Assembly: GCA_951406725.2 (NCBI GenBank)
Contig: OX597817.1
Location: 930,001-994,000, forward strand
Direction of reading: 5' to 3'
DNA length: 64,000 nt
DNA from: Octopus vulgaris
Lineage: Eukaryota
Of the stretch, positions 13,170 to 27,538 are shown piece by piece. The notes below the pieces were generated by a model. It ran no database searches. It saw only the letters and a program-made list of their open reading frames with translations, and was not told where the DNA came from. Each line of letters opens with the position of its first letter. The stretch's first letter is position 1. The position numbers and the translations under genes are program-made.

Positions 13170-13412
13170 AAGAAATACCTATTTCTTTATTGCCCACAAA
13201 GGGCTACACACAGAGGGGACAAACAAGGACAGACATAGGTATTAAGTCGATTACGTCGATTACCAGTGCATAACTGGTACTTAATTTATTGACCCCGAAA
13301 GGATGAAAGGCAAAGTCGACCTCGGCGGAATTTGAACTCAGAACGTAATGGCAGACGAAATACAGCTACGCATTTCGCCCGGCGTGCTAACCACGCTGTC
13401 AGCCCGCCGCCT
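13170..13412 (-). mobile_element. SINE family A
   Basis: Full head and core match other copies; further copies at 14480-14680, 25528-25655, 39762-39945 and 50098-50265. Confidence 0.85.
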
Positions 13413-13556
13413 TACTAAAAAAATATATATTCGTTAGTCTGTTTATATTACATCAATTTCTCACAGTCAAGTGAAGCAGTATAATTAATCCGATTGACCT
13501 AGCACTTGGCTTCATGCTATATTTGTTCAGGCATTTCCACCTGACTCAGGTTTACC

Positions 13557-13609
<53 letters not shown>

Positions 13610-13630
13610 GTCTGTCTGTCTGTCTGTCTC

Positions 13631-13663
<33 letters not shown>

Positions 13664-15301
13664 TTATCCATATTGAGTCCATTCTCAGACCCGGTGTTGA
13701 CCACCTCATCCAGTCCTTTCTCCTCAGAATATTGTTCCTTTGAAATCCCTTCCAACACATTTTCCTGCAACTATCAGTTTGCACTCATTCAAGAGGAACA
13801 ATTACCGTGTCGTTCTCACGGATCTCAGAATACCTGCGAAAGTCTTGGACACAACTCTTTCTCCAGACTAAACTGCTTAAAAATGAAACAAGCGTATTTA
13901 ATTTAACCCCTTCTAATATTGATACTACACCATCTATGTACAATAAATGCAATATAACCATTGCATACGTTTTAATGTTGTTTTAACGTATACATTTCAT
14001 CGACCTAGGAAAGGAGAATACTTTTATCTGCTACGTTTACAGTCATAGCATAAAGGTATTGGTTAATGCAGTGCAGTCACCCAGAGGTTCTGAGTTCAAT
14101 CCCAGGCAAGACACTAAGGTAATTCATAGAGTTCAACTGAAGCAAAAATGTCACGAAACGCAGAGAGTGGAATGAGAACAGTGTACCCCTGTAGATCAAA
14201 TAAAGGGATAGGTTCGAAATTTTGATACAACAATCGAGTTCAACATGAGACACATAAAGATGACAGGAGCGGACAGCAGCCGAAACTGAGTGAAAATAAC
14301 AATCAATATGAAACCACCAGCCCGACTAATACAAACAGCATACATAATATAAATTCCTTATTTCAGCAATACAGAATAGTATTAATATGATATTTGTCGA
14401 GTCTGTTTATGTTCTGGCTTCTTATTTCCATCGAGTTTGGGTGATCATCCGATGCGTGTACATATTAAAATTTCAAATTGCAGAACAAGGTTAGCAATTT
14501 TAAGAGAGGTGGTGTGTCGATTACATCAATCCCATTGTTCAACTGGTACTTATTTCATAGACCCTGAAAGCATGAAAGGCAAAGTTGACCTCGGCGGCAT
14601 TTAAACTCATAATGTAAATTCAGAAGAAATGCATCTAAGCATTTTGTCCGGTGCCCTAACGATCTGCCAGCTTCCTGCCTTAAAATATTTCACATAATGG
14701 TTCTGTAATAACAGACAAAAGAGTAAAACAAATTGGACAGAAGTTTAGAAACTAAAAGTTTGTCTATTTAGCAAGAAGTTCAGCCAAAATTTGAAATCTA
14801 CATTATTGTTTACTAATCAGTTTTCGACCTTAAATCATGAACTTTGGCTTTCAATGTGTGTTTTTTTATCTAGTTGCTTAGAAACAAGAATGATTTTTTT
14901 CTTGGTGTGGGGGATCAATCAGTTCAGATTGTTTATTATTCACCATTTGGCTCATAAATCATCAGTTCATTTATCAAAACATTGATAAAGAGAAAATGCG
15001 TACCCTTATCAAACGGGTTGTCATGATTGATATATTGGGCTTCGTATAATTGTACCCCAATGTCACATTGATGGCATGCGCTGCTCTCTCATACATATAA
15101 ACGACGAGCTCCTTTTAGTTTGCTCCTACCAAACTCACTCACAAAGCTTTGGTTAGCGCCGGGTTATACAAGACATGCCCAAGATATCATGAGGGTGGGA
15201 AGCAAATTTCTTACCATACAGCCACGCCTGCGCATATATTTAATATTAATAGTAACTGTTTATACATTACTGCCAGCAGCAGCAGTAACACTAGCACCAC
15301 C

Positions 15302-18300
15302 AACAGCAGCAGGCGCAAGGACAGCAGCAGCAGGCGCAAGGACAGCAGCAGCAGGCGCAAGGACAGCAGCAGCAGGCGCAAGGACAGCAGCAGCAGGCGC
15401 AAGGACAGCAGCAACAGGCGCAAGGACAGCAGCAGCAGGCGCAAGGACAGCAGCAGCAGGCGCAAGGACAGGCACAGCAGCAGCAGGCGCAAGGACAGCA
15501 GCAGCAGGCGCAAGGACAGCAGCAGCAGGCGCAAGGACAGCAGCAGCAGGCGCAGGACAGCAGCAGCAGGCGCAAGGACAGCAGCAGCAGGCGCAAGGAC
15601 AGCAGCAGCAGGCGCAAGGACAGCAGCAGCAGGCGCAAGGACAGCAGCAGCAGGCGCAAGGACAGCAGCAGCAGGCGCAAGGACAGCAGGACAGCAGCAG
15701 CAGGCGCAAGGACAGCAGCAGCAGGCGCAAGGACAGCAGCAGCAGCAAGGACAGCAGCAGCAGGCGCAAGGACAGCAGCAGCAGCAGCAGCAAGGACAGC
15801 AGCAGCAGGCGCAAGGACAGCAGCAGCAGGCGCAAGGACAGCAGCAGCAGGCGCAAGGACAGCAGCAGCAGGCGCAAGGACAGCAGCAGCAGGCGCAAGG
15901 ACAGCAGCAGCAGGCGCAAGGACAGCAGCAGCAGGCGCAAGGACAGCAGCAGCAGGCGCAAGGACAGCAGCAGCAGGCGCAAGGACAGCAGCAGCAGGCG
16001 CAAGGACAGCAGCAGCAGGCGCAAGGACAGCAGCAGCAGGCGCAAGGACAGCAGCAGCAGGCGCAAGGACAGCAGCAGCAGGCGCAAGGACAGCAGCAGC
16101 AGGCGCAGGCGCAGCAGGACAGCAGCAGCAGGCGCAAGGACAGCAGCAGCAGGCGCAAGGACAGCAGCAGCAGGCGCAAGGACAGCAGCAGCAGGCGCAA
16201 GGACAGCAGCAGCAGGCGCAAGGACAGCAGCAGCAGGCGCAAGGACAGCAGCAGCAGGCGCAAGGACAGCAGCAGCAGGCGCAAGGACAGCAGCAGCAGG
16301 CGCAAGGACAGCAGCAGCAGGCGCAAGGACAGCAGCAGCAGGCGCAAGGACAGCAGCAACAGGCGCAAGGACAGCAGCAAGCAGGCGCAAGGACAGCAGC
16401 AGCAGGCGCAAGGACAGCAGCAGCAGGCGCAAGGACAGCAGCAACAGGCGCAAGGACAGCAGCAGCAGGCGCAAGGACAGCAGCAGCAGGCGCAAGGACA
16501 GCAGCAACAGGCGCAAGGACAGCAGCAGCAGGCGCAAGGACAGCAGCAACAGGCGCAAGGACAGCAGCAGCAGGCGCAAGGACAGCAGCAACAGGCGCAA
16601 GGACAGCAGCAACAGGCGCAAGGACAGCAGCAGCAGGCGCAGGACAGCAGCAGCAGGCGCAAGGACAGCAGCAACAGGCGCAAGGACAGCAGCAGGCGCA
16701 AGGACAGCAAGGCGCAAGGACAGCAGCAGCAGGCGCAAGGACAGCAGCAGCAGGCGCAAGGACAGCAGCAACAGGCGCAAGGACAGCAGCAACAGGCGCA
16801 AGGACAGCAGCAACAGGCGCAAGGACAGCAGCAGCAGGCGCAAGGACAGCAGCAGCAGGCGCAAGGACAGCAGCAACAGGCGCAAGGACAGCAGCAACAG
16901 GCGCAAGGACAGCAGCAGCAGGCGCAAGGACAGCAGCAGCAGGCGCAAGGACAGCAGCAGCAGGCGCAAGGACAGCAGCAACAGGCGCAAGGACAGCAGC
17001 AGCAGGCGCAAGGACAGCAGCAGCAGGCGCAAGGACAGCAGCAGCAGGCGCAAGGACAGCAGCAGCAGGCGCAAGGACAGCAGCAACAGGCGCAAGGACA
17101 GCAGCAGCAGGCGCAAGGACAGCAGCAGCAGGCGCAAGGACAGCAGCAGCAGGCGCAAGGACAGCAGCAACAGGCGCAAGGACAGCAGCAGCAGGCGCAA
17201 GGACAGCAGCAGCAGGCGCAAGGACAGCAGCAGCAGGCGCAAGGACAGCAGCAGCAGGCGCAAGGACAGCAGCAGCAGGCGCAAGGACAGCAGCAGCAGG
17301 CGCAAGGACAGCAGCAGCAGGCGCAAGGCGCAAGGACAGCAGCAGCAGGCGCAAGGACAGCAGCAGCAGGCAGGCGCAAGGACAGCAGCAGCAGGCGCAA
17401 GGACAGCAGCAGCAGGCGCAAGGACAGCAGCAGCAGGCGCAAGCAGCAGCAGGCGCAAGGACAGCAGCAGCAGGCGCAAGGGAGCAGCAGCAGGCGCAAG
17501 GACAGCAGCAGCAGGCGCAAGGACAGCAGCAGCAGGCGCAAGGACAGCAGCAGCAGGCGCAAGGACAGCAGCAGCAGGCGCAAGGACAGCAGCAACAGGC
17601 GCAGGACAGCAGCAGCAGGCGCAAGGACAGCAGCAGCAGGCGCAAGGACAGCAGCAGCAGGCGCAAGGACAGCAGCAGCAGGCGCAAGGACAGCAGCAGC
17701 AGGCGCAAGGACAGCAGCAGCAGGCGCAAGGACAGCAGCAGCAGGCGCAAGGACAGCAGCAGCAGGCGCAAGGACAGCAGCAGCAGGCGCAAGGACAGCA
17801 GCAGCAGGCGCAAGGACAGCAGCAGCAGGCGCAAGGACAGCAGCAGCAGGCGCAAGGACAGCAGCAGCAGGCGCAAGGAGGCAGCAGCAGGCGCAAGGAC
17901 AGCAGCAGCAGGCGCAAGGACAGCAGCAGCAGGCGCAGCAGCAGCAGCAGGCGCAAGGACAGCAGCAGCAGGCGCAAGGACAGCAGCAGCAGGCGCAAGG
18001 ACAGCAGCAGCAGGCGCAAGGACAGCAGCAGGGCGCAAGGACAGCAGCAGCAGGCGCAAGGACAGCAGCAGCAGGCGCAAGGACAGCAGCAGCAGGCGCA
18101 AGGACAGCAGCAGCAGGCGCAAGGACAGCAGCAGCAGGCGCAAGGACAGCAGCAGCAGCAGGCGCAAGGACAGCAGCAGCAGGCGCAAGGACAGCAGCAG
18201 CAGGCGCAAGGACAGCAGCAGCAGGCGCAAGGACAGCAGCAGCAGGCGCAAGGACAGCAGCAGCAGGCGCAAGGACAGCAGCAGCAGGCGCAAGGACAGC

Positions 18301-20461
18301 AGCAGCAGGCGCAAGGACAGCAGCAGCAGGCGCAAGGACAGCAGCAGCAGGCGCAAGGACAGCAGCAGCAGGCGCAAGGACAGCAGCAGCAGGCGCAAGG
18401 ACAGCAGCAGCAGGCAAGGACAGCAGCAGGGCGCAAGGACAGCAGCAGCAGGCGCAAGGACAGCAGCAGCAGGCGCAAGGACAGCAGCAGCAGGCGCAAG
18501 GACAGCAGCAGCAGGCGCAAGGACAGCAGCAGCAGGCGCAAGGACAGCAGCAGCAGGCGCAAGGACAGCAGCAGCAGGCGAGGCGCAAGGACAGCAGCAA
18601 CAGGCGCAAGGACAGCAGCAGCAGGCGCAAGGACAGCAGCAGCAGGCGCAAGGACAGCAGCAGCAGGCGCAAGGACAGCAGCAGCAGGCGCAAGGACAGC
18701 AGCAGCAGGCGCAAGGACAGCAGCAGCAGGCGCAAGGACAGCAGCAGCAGGCGCAAGGACAGCAGCAGCAGGCGCAAGGACAGCAGCAGCAGGCGCAAGG
18801 ACAGCAGCAGCAGGCGCAAGGACAGCAGCAGCAGGCGCAAGGACAGCAGCAGCAGGCGCAAGGACAGCAGCAGCAGGCGCAAGGACAGCAGCAGCAGGCG
18901 CAAGGACAGCAGCAGCAGGCGCAAGGACAGCAGCGCAAGGACAGCAGGCGCAAGGACAGCAGCAGCAGGCGCAAGGACAGCAGCAGCAGGCGCAAGGACA
19001 GCAGCAGCAGGCGCAAGGACAGCAGCAGCAGGCGCAAGGACAGCAGCAGCAGGCGCAAGGACAGCAGCAGCAGGCGCAAGGACAGCAGCAGCAGGCGCAA
19101 GGACAGCAGCAGCAGGCGCAAGGACAGCAGCAGCAGGCGCAAGGACAGCAGCAGCAGGCGCAAGGACAGCAGCAGCAGGCGCAAGGACAGCAGCAGCAGG
19201 CGCAAGGACAGCAGCAGCAGGCGCAAGGACAGCAGCAGCAGGCGCAAGGACAGCAGCAACAGGCGCAAGGACAGCAGCAACAGGCGCAAGGACAGCAGCA
19301 GCAGGCGCAAGGACAGCAGCAGCAGGCGCAAGGACAGCAGCAGCAGGCGCAAGGACAGCAGCAGCAGGCGCAAGGACAGCAGCAAGGACAGGCGGCGCAA
19401 GGACAGGACAGCAGCAGGCGCAAGGACAGCAGCAGCAGGCGCAAGGACAGCAGCAGCAGGCGCAAGGACAGCACAGCAGGCGCAGCAGCAGCAGGCGCAA
19501 GGACAGCAGCAGCAGGCGCAAGGACAGCAGCAGCAGGCGCAAGGACAGCAGCAGCAGGCGCAAGGACAGCAGCAACAGGCGCAAGGACAGCAGCAGGCGC
19601 AAGGACAGCAGCAGCAGGCGCAAGGACAGCAGCAGCAGGCGCAAGGACAGCAGCAGCAGGCGCAAGGACAGCAGCAGCAGGCGCAAGGACAGCAGCAGCA
19701 GGCGCAAGGACAGCAGCAGCAGGCGCAAGGACAGCAGCAGGGCGCAAGGACAGCAGCAGGCGCAAGGACAGCAGCAGCAGGCGCAAGGACAGCAGCAGCA
19801 GGCGCAAGGACAGCAGCAGCAGGCGCAAGGACAGCAGCAGCAGGCGCAAGGACAGCAGCAGCAGGCGCAAGGACAGCAGCAGCAGGCGCAGCAGGACAGC
19901 AGCAGCAGGCGCAAGGACAGCAGCAGCAGGCGCAAGGACAGCAGCAGCAGGCGCAAGGACAGCAGCAGCAGGCGCAAGGACAGCAGCAGCAGGCGCAAGG
20001 ACAGCAGCAGCAGGCGCAAGGACAGCAGCAGCAGGCGCAAGGACAGCAGCAGCAGGCGCAAGGACAGCAGCAGCAGGCGCAAGGACAGCAGCAACAGGCG
20101 CAAGGACAGCAGCAGCAGGCGCAAGGACAGCAGCAGCAGGCGCAAGGACAGCAGCAGCAGGCGCAAGGACAGCAGCAGCAGGCGCAAGGACAGCAGCAGC
20201 AGGCGCAAGGACAGCAGCAGCAGGCGCAAGGACAGCAGCAGCAGGCGCAAGGACAGCAGCAGCAGGCGCAAGGACAGCAGCAGCAGGCGCAAGGACAGCA
20301 GCAGCAGGCGCAAGGACAGCAGCAGCAGGCGCAAGGACAGCAGCAGCAGGCGCAAGGACAGCAGCAGCAGGCGCAAGGACAGCAGCAGCAGGCGCAAGGA
20401 CAGCAGCAGGCGCAAGGACAGCAGCAGCAGGCGCAAGGACAGCAGCAGCAGGCGCAAGGAC
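15302..20461 (+). repeat. 21-bp GC-rich minisatellite (CAGCAGCAGCAGGCGCAAGGA)n, about 245 copies
   Basis: Highly homogeneous unit, with CAG>CAA variants clustered at ~16350-17170 and scattered indels; no stops in any frame. Confidence 0.97.
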
Positions 20462-21545
20462 ATCAGCCCACAGGCGCGACGTGGGGTGCACAGGGAACTT
20501 CTCAAACTGGCTTTTTGGAATCCGCATAGCGGTATCACAGCCGAAAACCAATAGCCGTAACATCGCTAGCCAGCCATATCTGGCAATTATGAGACAAAGA
20601 GATTCCATACTCGATCGCATGGAAAATACTTGAGAACCCGGGCCCCTACATCAACGGGACGAAACGGTGTAAGTCATGCATTGCCGAACGCACGAAGATC
20701 CTTAAAGATTCGCTCGTGCCAGTGGGCATCCTGAAATCTAGGATGGAGATTTTCAGACTATGCTTGCATTTTAGAAAATTCCTGCTGGCTTTTTGGAATC
20801 CGCATAGCGGTATCACAGCCGAAAACCAATAGCCAAAGCCGAAGGGAGACAATCGTTTACCTTCGTGGTGCTTTGATGACTGAAAGATGGCGGCGCGGCC
20901 GAAGATCGATGGACAATGGCAAAGGGAGAGAATCACCTAGGGTTTTACTCTTAAAAACGAGGCTTTCCCCCTCCATATTTTAAAAAGGTCTCAGGCCAGC
21001 AGTATTTGGGGTCTGAAAATACGCCGTAGGGCTAAACCCCCTAACAATAGATTCACTTGTTTCGGTTAGTGACTTATTCACGAATATACCAACACTAGCG
21101 CCGTTGAGGGTAATATTCTCTGCGTACGCACAAAAGCTTTTTTGAGAATTATTTACTTTGAACTGTTATTATCTCATATCTGATTAGCCTGTAATTACGT
21201 AACATGCTTCACGATTTTAGTATACATACCTTATTAGTATTTCCTCTTAAGTTCTATATACTCTGGGAACGTATTAAAGCCCTTTTCGGGGCTACTTTAT
21301 TTGAATTCTTACTATCGGGAATTTTAATTTCATGTTATTACATAACTGACTTCACAATTTGGGTATTCATAACTTATTAGGAATTCCTAAAAACAAGATC
21401 CTGTGTAAGACAGTTTGGTATTCTCAATAAATGCACAAAAACCGTTTTAAGAGCTACATATTTTGTATTAGCGAGAGAATTATGAGAACGGAACCAAGGG
21501 ATAAGCCTCGCTTTCCCGGGAATTACTGGGTACGTCAGCTAGTAT
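20462..21545 (+). mobile_element. Penelope-like element 3' part (GIY-YIG C-terminus plus pLTR)
   Basis: TSLASHIWQL*DKEIPYSIAWKILE..YINGTKRCKSCIAERTKI..SRMEIFRLCLHFRKFLLA; exact 50-bp direct repeat at 20507-20556 and 20785-20834; ends at (TA)n. Confidence 0.8.
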
Positions 21546-21565
21546 ATATATATATATATATATAT

Positions 21566-21740
21566 ATTGTTGAAATTTACAGAAAGACAAAAGACGAAGA
21601 CAGGTGTATAAACAACAAGCAGGTGTGTTAGTTTAATGCTCGGGAAGGTGAGAAAGTCTTTTACATTTCGAGCCTACGCTCTTCAACAGAAAGGAACACG
21701 AGGGAATAAACAGAGAGAGAATAAAAAACTTTCGGAGTTA
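21566..21740 (-). mobile_element. Penelope-derived terminal repeat with hammerhead-like motif
   Basis: The reverse strand has ttgaagagcgtaggctcgaaatgta (GAGC/GCTC stem before GAAA), next to (TA)n. Confidence 0.4.
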
Positions 21741-22929
21741 GCGGTCAGTGCGCGCAAGCGTGCATGTGTACATGCCTTTGTGTTTTTGCATCGCCACTTG
21801 ACAACCAGTGTTCGTTTCTTTATATCTTCCGTAACTTAGCTGTTCAGCAAGGAAAGACCGATACAATATGTACAAAGCATGGTTTATATGTTATATCAAT
21901 ATTATGGAAATATGGGATTTCACTACCGTCGTTTCCTGTTTCTGTCGCATTTTACTGTGAAACTGCCTGCTAACTTTGACCATAGGCCTGTTTACTCAGG
22001 ACCGACCCAAGCAAAACAATAACAACAACAGCAGCAGCAACAACAGCAACAACAGCAACTGTAGCAGTAACAGGGTGCTTTCCCTTTTTACTTTCTCTCA
22101 CTCTCTCACTTCTATTCTAGCCTTTCCACTTTCGCCTTTTCTCACCCTCTCTCTTTTATTTTTGCCTTTCTATTTTCTCCTTTTCTCTCTCCCCCTCTTG
22201 TATTCCTAGCCTTTCTCCTATCTCTTTTTTCTCCCTTCATCCCTTCCCTTTTTCTCTCTCTCTGTCACTTTCCCTCCCTCTTGCTGACTTTCTCCTCCGC
22301 CTGCTGTTGTCACATGGTCCTCCCTTTCTCTCACTGGTCCCGCAGCTGACCAGTCCTTTAGCATATCTTCTGAGTGTTATCCACTATTCTTGTCTTCTGG
22401 GCCCTAAAGTCATATTTCGCTCGTCCCTTCGTCCTTCTCCACCGTCCTACATCACAATCTGCGTTGTTTGCTAGTTTTGCTCTCCGTCCGGAATTCTCCG
22501 CAATAAAAGAAGTTCCACAACAAATAATACCAAGTATTATTTCATTGTCTTGTCTTTTTAGGATTATGAAATTCCGAGGAGGAATGGATTTCCAGTTCCC
22601 TCGCCCCAGTCCCTTTTAGTCGCCTCTTACGCCTCGCAGCGACTGCATTCTAGTCGCAGGTGGGCGACGGTGTTTGCTAGTTAACCCGTAGCCGGGACCG
22701 TTACAGGTGCTACCACTCCGAGCCTGAGTAGACCTGGGAACAATAGTGGCTAAGAGGTGGTTCCACACTCCTCAAACTCTGAAACCAGAACCGCAGGGTC
22801 CTTGGAAACGAATGGAATTCCTGGTGTGTGTCTTGTGGCTACCCACTCTTAAAAAAAAAATGGGAATAAGCCTGGGTATATACAGTCTCGCGACAGTTGC
22901 TAGTAGGATTTCTAAGTAAAATATGGATA

Positions 22930-23587
<658 letters not shown>

Positions 23588-24006
23588 TGGTTATTTTTTT
23601 GACAGCATGTTCTTTTTTTATGAAAACTAGACGGTGAACATTCTGAATTACGTTTTAAAATTAAATGCCATTTTCCCACAGACACAAGACCTTCAGCGGA
23701 AGCGAACTCACAACTCACAAGATGCTAGCTGCAATACATTATCCATATGAAAGAAATACAAATATTTTTATTACTTGTCAAGCTGTCGCTGCTGCAACAG
23801 GCGACCCCTCTTCCTCCACCGCCACAACCGCCGCCGCCATCGCAACCAGCAGCAGCAGCAGCAGCTTCACCACCACCATTAGTAGTAGTAGTAGTAGTAG
23901 TAGTAGTACTCGCACGTATCCACACATTTGTACATCTGTAGATGTAGTCTTCAATCCGGGAAAAACACACGACAAGAATATCTCTAAGTCAAAACATCAC
24001 GATATA

Positions 24007-24059
<53 letters not shown>

Positions 24060-24193
24060 GCGCGAGCGTGTGAGTGTGTAACAGTGGAGCATCAAACTGT
24101 CTGTAACATAAAACAAAACATTGATGAGGTTGTTAATGTCACGCAATTTAAGTCAAAATATCTACTGAACAAATTCATATTTTGACATTAGCC

Positions 24194-24242
<49 letters not shown>

Positions 24243-24644
24243 TACACAAACACAGACACATATGAATTATGTATATATATATATATATATATAGCCATAT
24301 ATGCGTCTGTATGTGTCTGTCATGATTTTGTCCCCTCGAACCCTTGCTCAAGAGGCCGTTTACCCGGTTTCCATGGCGTCCTTGTGAACGAGCTCACAGC
24401 ACTCCGTCCCCTTCCCGCCTGCACGGGACGCTGGCCCGTTGCAGGGTTCGGGGCTAGCGATCAGTTTTGAGTGGGGGAGGGAAAGTCGATTACATCGACC
24501 CCAGTGTTCGACCCTTATTTTATCGACCTCCAAAAGAGGAAAGGTTAAGTTGACCTCGGTAGAAATTGAACTCAACGTAAAGAGCTGGCGTGCAAACGAG
24601 TCTCCCACTTCACTGCTTGAATGACAATGATCCTCGCGGATATA

Positions 24645-24842
24645 GACACAAGACCTGAAAATTGTGGGAAGGGGACTAATCGATTATATCGACCTCAGTG
24701 TTTCACTGGGACTTAATTTATCGATCCCGAACGGACGAAAGGTAAAGTCGACCTCGGCGGAATTTGAACAAGAACGTAGCGACGGGTGAAATACCGCTGA
24801 GTATTTTGTCCTGCGTGCTAACAATTCTGCCAGCTCACCGCC

Positions 24843-24843
<1 letters not shown>
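24645..24843 (-). mobile_element. SINE family A next to (TAA)n
   Basis: Sequence match to other copies. Confidence 0.85.
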
Positions 24844-24904
<61 letters not shown>

Positions 24905-24932
24905 CATAATAATAATCATAATACTAATAATC

Positions 24933-24969
<37 letters not shown>

Positions 24970-24971
<2 letters not shown>

Positions 24972-25466
24972 GCCCTGATGCAGTACCAGGCAGTGGCTCT
25001 CGTGGCTTCTGATCTTAACTGATTGGAAATGTTATCATGTACATTGTTTTGTCTTGGTGTAAAAGATGGGCTACAGCAAATATTCTGCTCAATACCACAG
25101 ATTTTCTTGTCAGTTGCTTGACCTTAACCAGTTGAGCATGTCCCTTAGGGGCTGACAATATGTGCATCTCTGATCACGAGCAGAAGTAGTGGGGGAGCAT
25201 CATAGCCATGTGTTGAGAGGGATTCTTTGGGGTTTGAATAATTCACCTCTGGAAACATGGGTGGTTCTTTCAACATCCTTAAACAACCCTTATTCAGGGA
25301 CCTTTTGAGCGGGATGGGCTACTCGACCAGAAGAAAATTCTAACTGGGTCCCACCTGCAAGGTCATGTGCTGTTTATCTTGATATGAGATCACCATGATG
25401 GGTATACTGGGCTTCGTATATTTTACCCCAGGGTCACTTTGATGACATGCACTGCTCTCTCACTCA
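24970..25466 (+). mobile_element. ~500 bp element inserted in (TAA)n, probably the 3' UTR of an RLE retroelement
   Basis: Flanked by (TAA)n on both sides; its 3' end recurs at 15000-15092. Confidence 0.6.
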
Positions 25467-25529
<63 letters not shown>

Positions 25530-25990
25530 GTTTCAAATTTTGGCACAAGGCCAGCAATTTCGGAGGAGGGCATAAGTCGATTACATCAACCCCGGCACTT
25601 AACTAGTACTTATTTTATCGACCTCGAGAGGATGAAAAGCAAAGTCAACCTCAGACAACAAGAAGATAATTATGGACAACTACTTGGAAACCTCTAGCTT
25701 CTATAACTGGATTACAAATTTACATTCATGCCAATAATAATTGTAACACTTGGTTTTATAAGTAAATGCCTCACTGTCATATGGATCAGCTTGAATTTTC
25801 AGTAAAAGAAATCAACCAACCTACTTGTACATTACAAATTCAGTCTGTAAGCGGAATAGTAAAATTATGCAAGACTTTTGTTAAGTTTAAAATGTGATAT
25901 TGTTTTCGTTATCTACATTCCCATAATGGAGCTTTGTATCTTTGTTAGAAACCAGCTCCTACAGAGGAAGAATCTAAATGATTAAAACAG

Positions 25991-26038
<48 letters not shown>

Positions 26039-26049
26039 CACACATACAT

Positions 26050-26562
26050 GTCAGTTGCGCAGCAGATGTTAACATAAGGCTAAACAACAGCGAAAAAGAA
26101 AATACCTGCGCCGAACTATTGAGAAATCTACAGCTACTCTATTCAAATTACAAGTTCAAATTTATACCTGCGATTATTGGGGCACTGGGATTATGTAACA
26201 CACTACCTAAGTACCAATCTTGAGAAATTAGGTTTCCCAAAACCAGAGAGGAGAAAGCTGATTCGAAAACTACAGATCCAGTCCATCACTGGAACTGTAA
26301 AAATCTGTAAAACTTTCCAGAAGTTTATTATTTAAGTACATGTGACCATGTCTAGACATGCAACTATACGCATGACAATACATGCACAAAACATACAAAT
26401 CTGCACATGCACTGACTCCAAATACTGCACACTTAGACACATACATGCAAAAATACCCGGCTGTTGATGTTGAGATTCCAATGATGGAGCCTGGGGTCTA
26501 GGTTTGAAACCGGCCCTTTTTCTATTGGCAAGAAATCTTGAAATGAAACTGAATAATGACAT
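26050..26562 (+). mobile_element. RLE non-LTR C-terminus plus 3' UTR inserted after (CA)n
   Basis: VSCAADVNI..EKENT.AELLRNLQLLY..YKFKFIPAIIGALG...LQIQSITGTVKICKTF; a more decayed copy lies at 25660-25990. Confidence 0.75.
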
Positions 26563-27240
26563 AGCTACGTGCGGGCGTACATAGTAGAAGGACTATACGA
26601 ATACATCTTATACTAACATAAAAGAAACTTTGCTTTTGTCTGTATTTCACGGACTTAAAAATGAAGAGCAGAGGCTTTCTTTATATAAGCATAGATACAC
26701 AGGGACATTAGACAAAATTCTCAAGGGTCCCTCTGCATGAAGAACATATAATTAAGTACAGGCTTGCATACTCAATATGATGAACTAAAAAATAATATTT
26801 AGGCAATTAAAAAAATGAGAAGAAAAGTCATTTGCGCTAATGAGTCTTCTCAAAGAAAGCAAGGGAGAGAACCGAAACTAGATTGATTATCAATTAAATG
26901 GAAAAATGCAGCCGGTCAGATTCATTGGCAAATATGGCGACACCTGATATGTTTCGTTCTCATTAGATCTCGTTGGAGTCGAAAATTGAAAAACCTACAG
27001 ATTTATCTCCGTACTATTCAAACACCACGCTCACTCCTTACTGAATTTTTCTATTTGATTCGAAATTCGAAGTTCTCATGCTTGTCTTTTTCGAAGCATT
27101 CATCCCCAATTAGGGTCATTCATTCATTTTTCGTTACGGATTATTATTATATTCTATTTTGGGTTACTACTTAATGCTTTAATATACTTCATCATATACG
27201 TATGTATATGTGTGTTCTGTTTATTTAACTCGTACGTCAC

Positions 27241-27273
<33 letters not shown>

Positions 27274-27393
27274 TGTATGTATGTATGTATGTATGTATGT
27301 ATGTATGTATGTATGTATGTATGTATGTATGTGTGTGTATGTATGTATGTATGTATGTATGTATGTATGTATGTATGTATGTATGTATGTATG

Positions 27394-27538
<145 letters not shown>

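Noticed and set aside
20589-20591. In-frame TGA in PLE endonuclease as possible selenocysteine
   Set aside because: It falls at a position expected to be Lys/Arg rather than Cys; most simply CGA-to-TGA decay.
15211-20620. Minus-strand giant ORFs (Cys-rich metallothionein/keratin-like, Leu-rich)
   Set aside because: They are an automatic consequence of a stop-free 21-mer; registers switch at indels and there is no independent gene signal.
23747-23941. Short ORF with hydrophobic start and Pro/Ala/Val runs
   Set aside because: It is made of CCG/CAG/TAG trinucleotide runs, with no splice or homology support.
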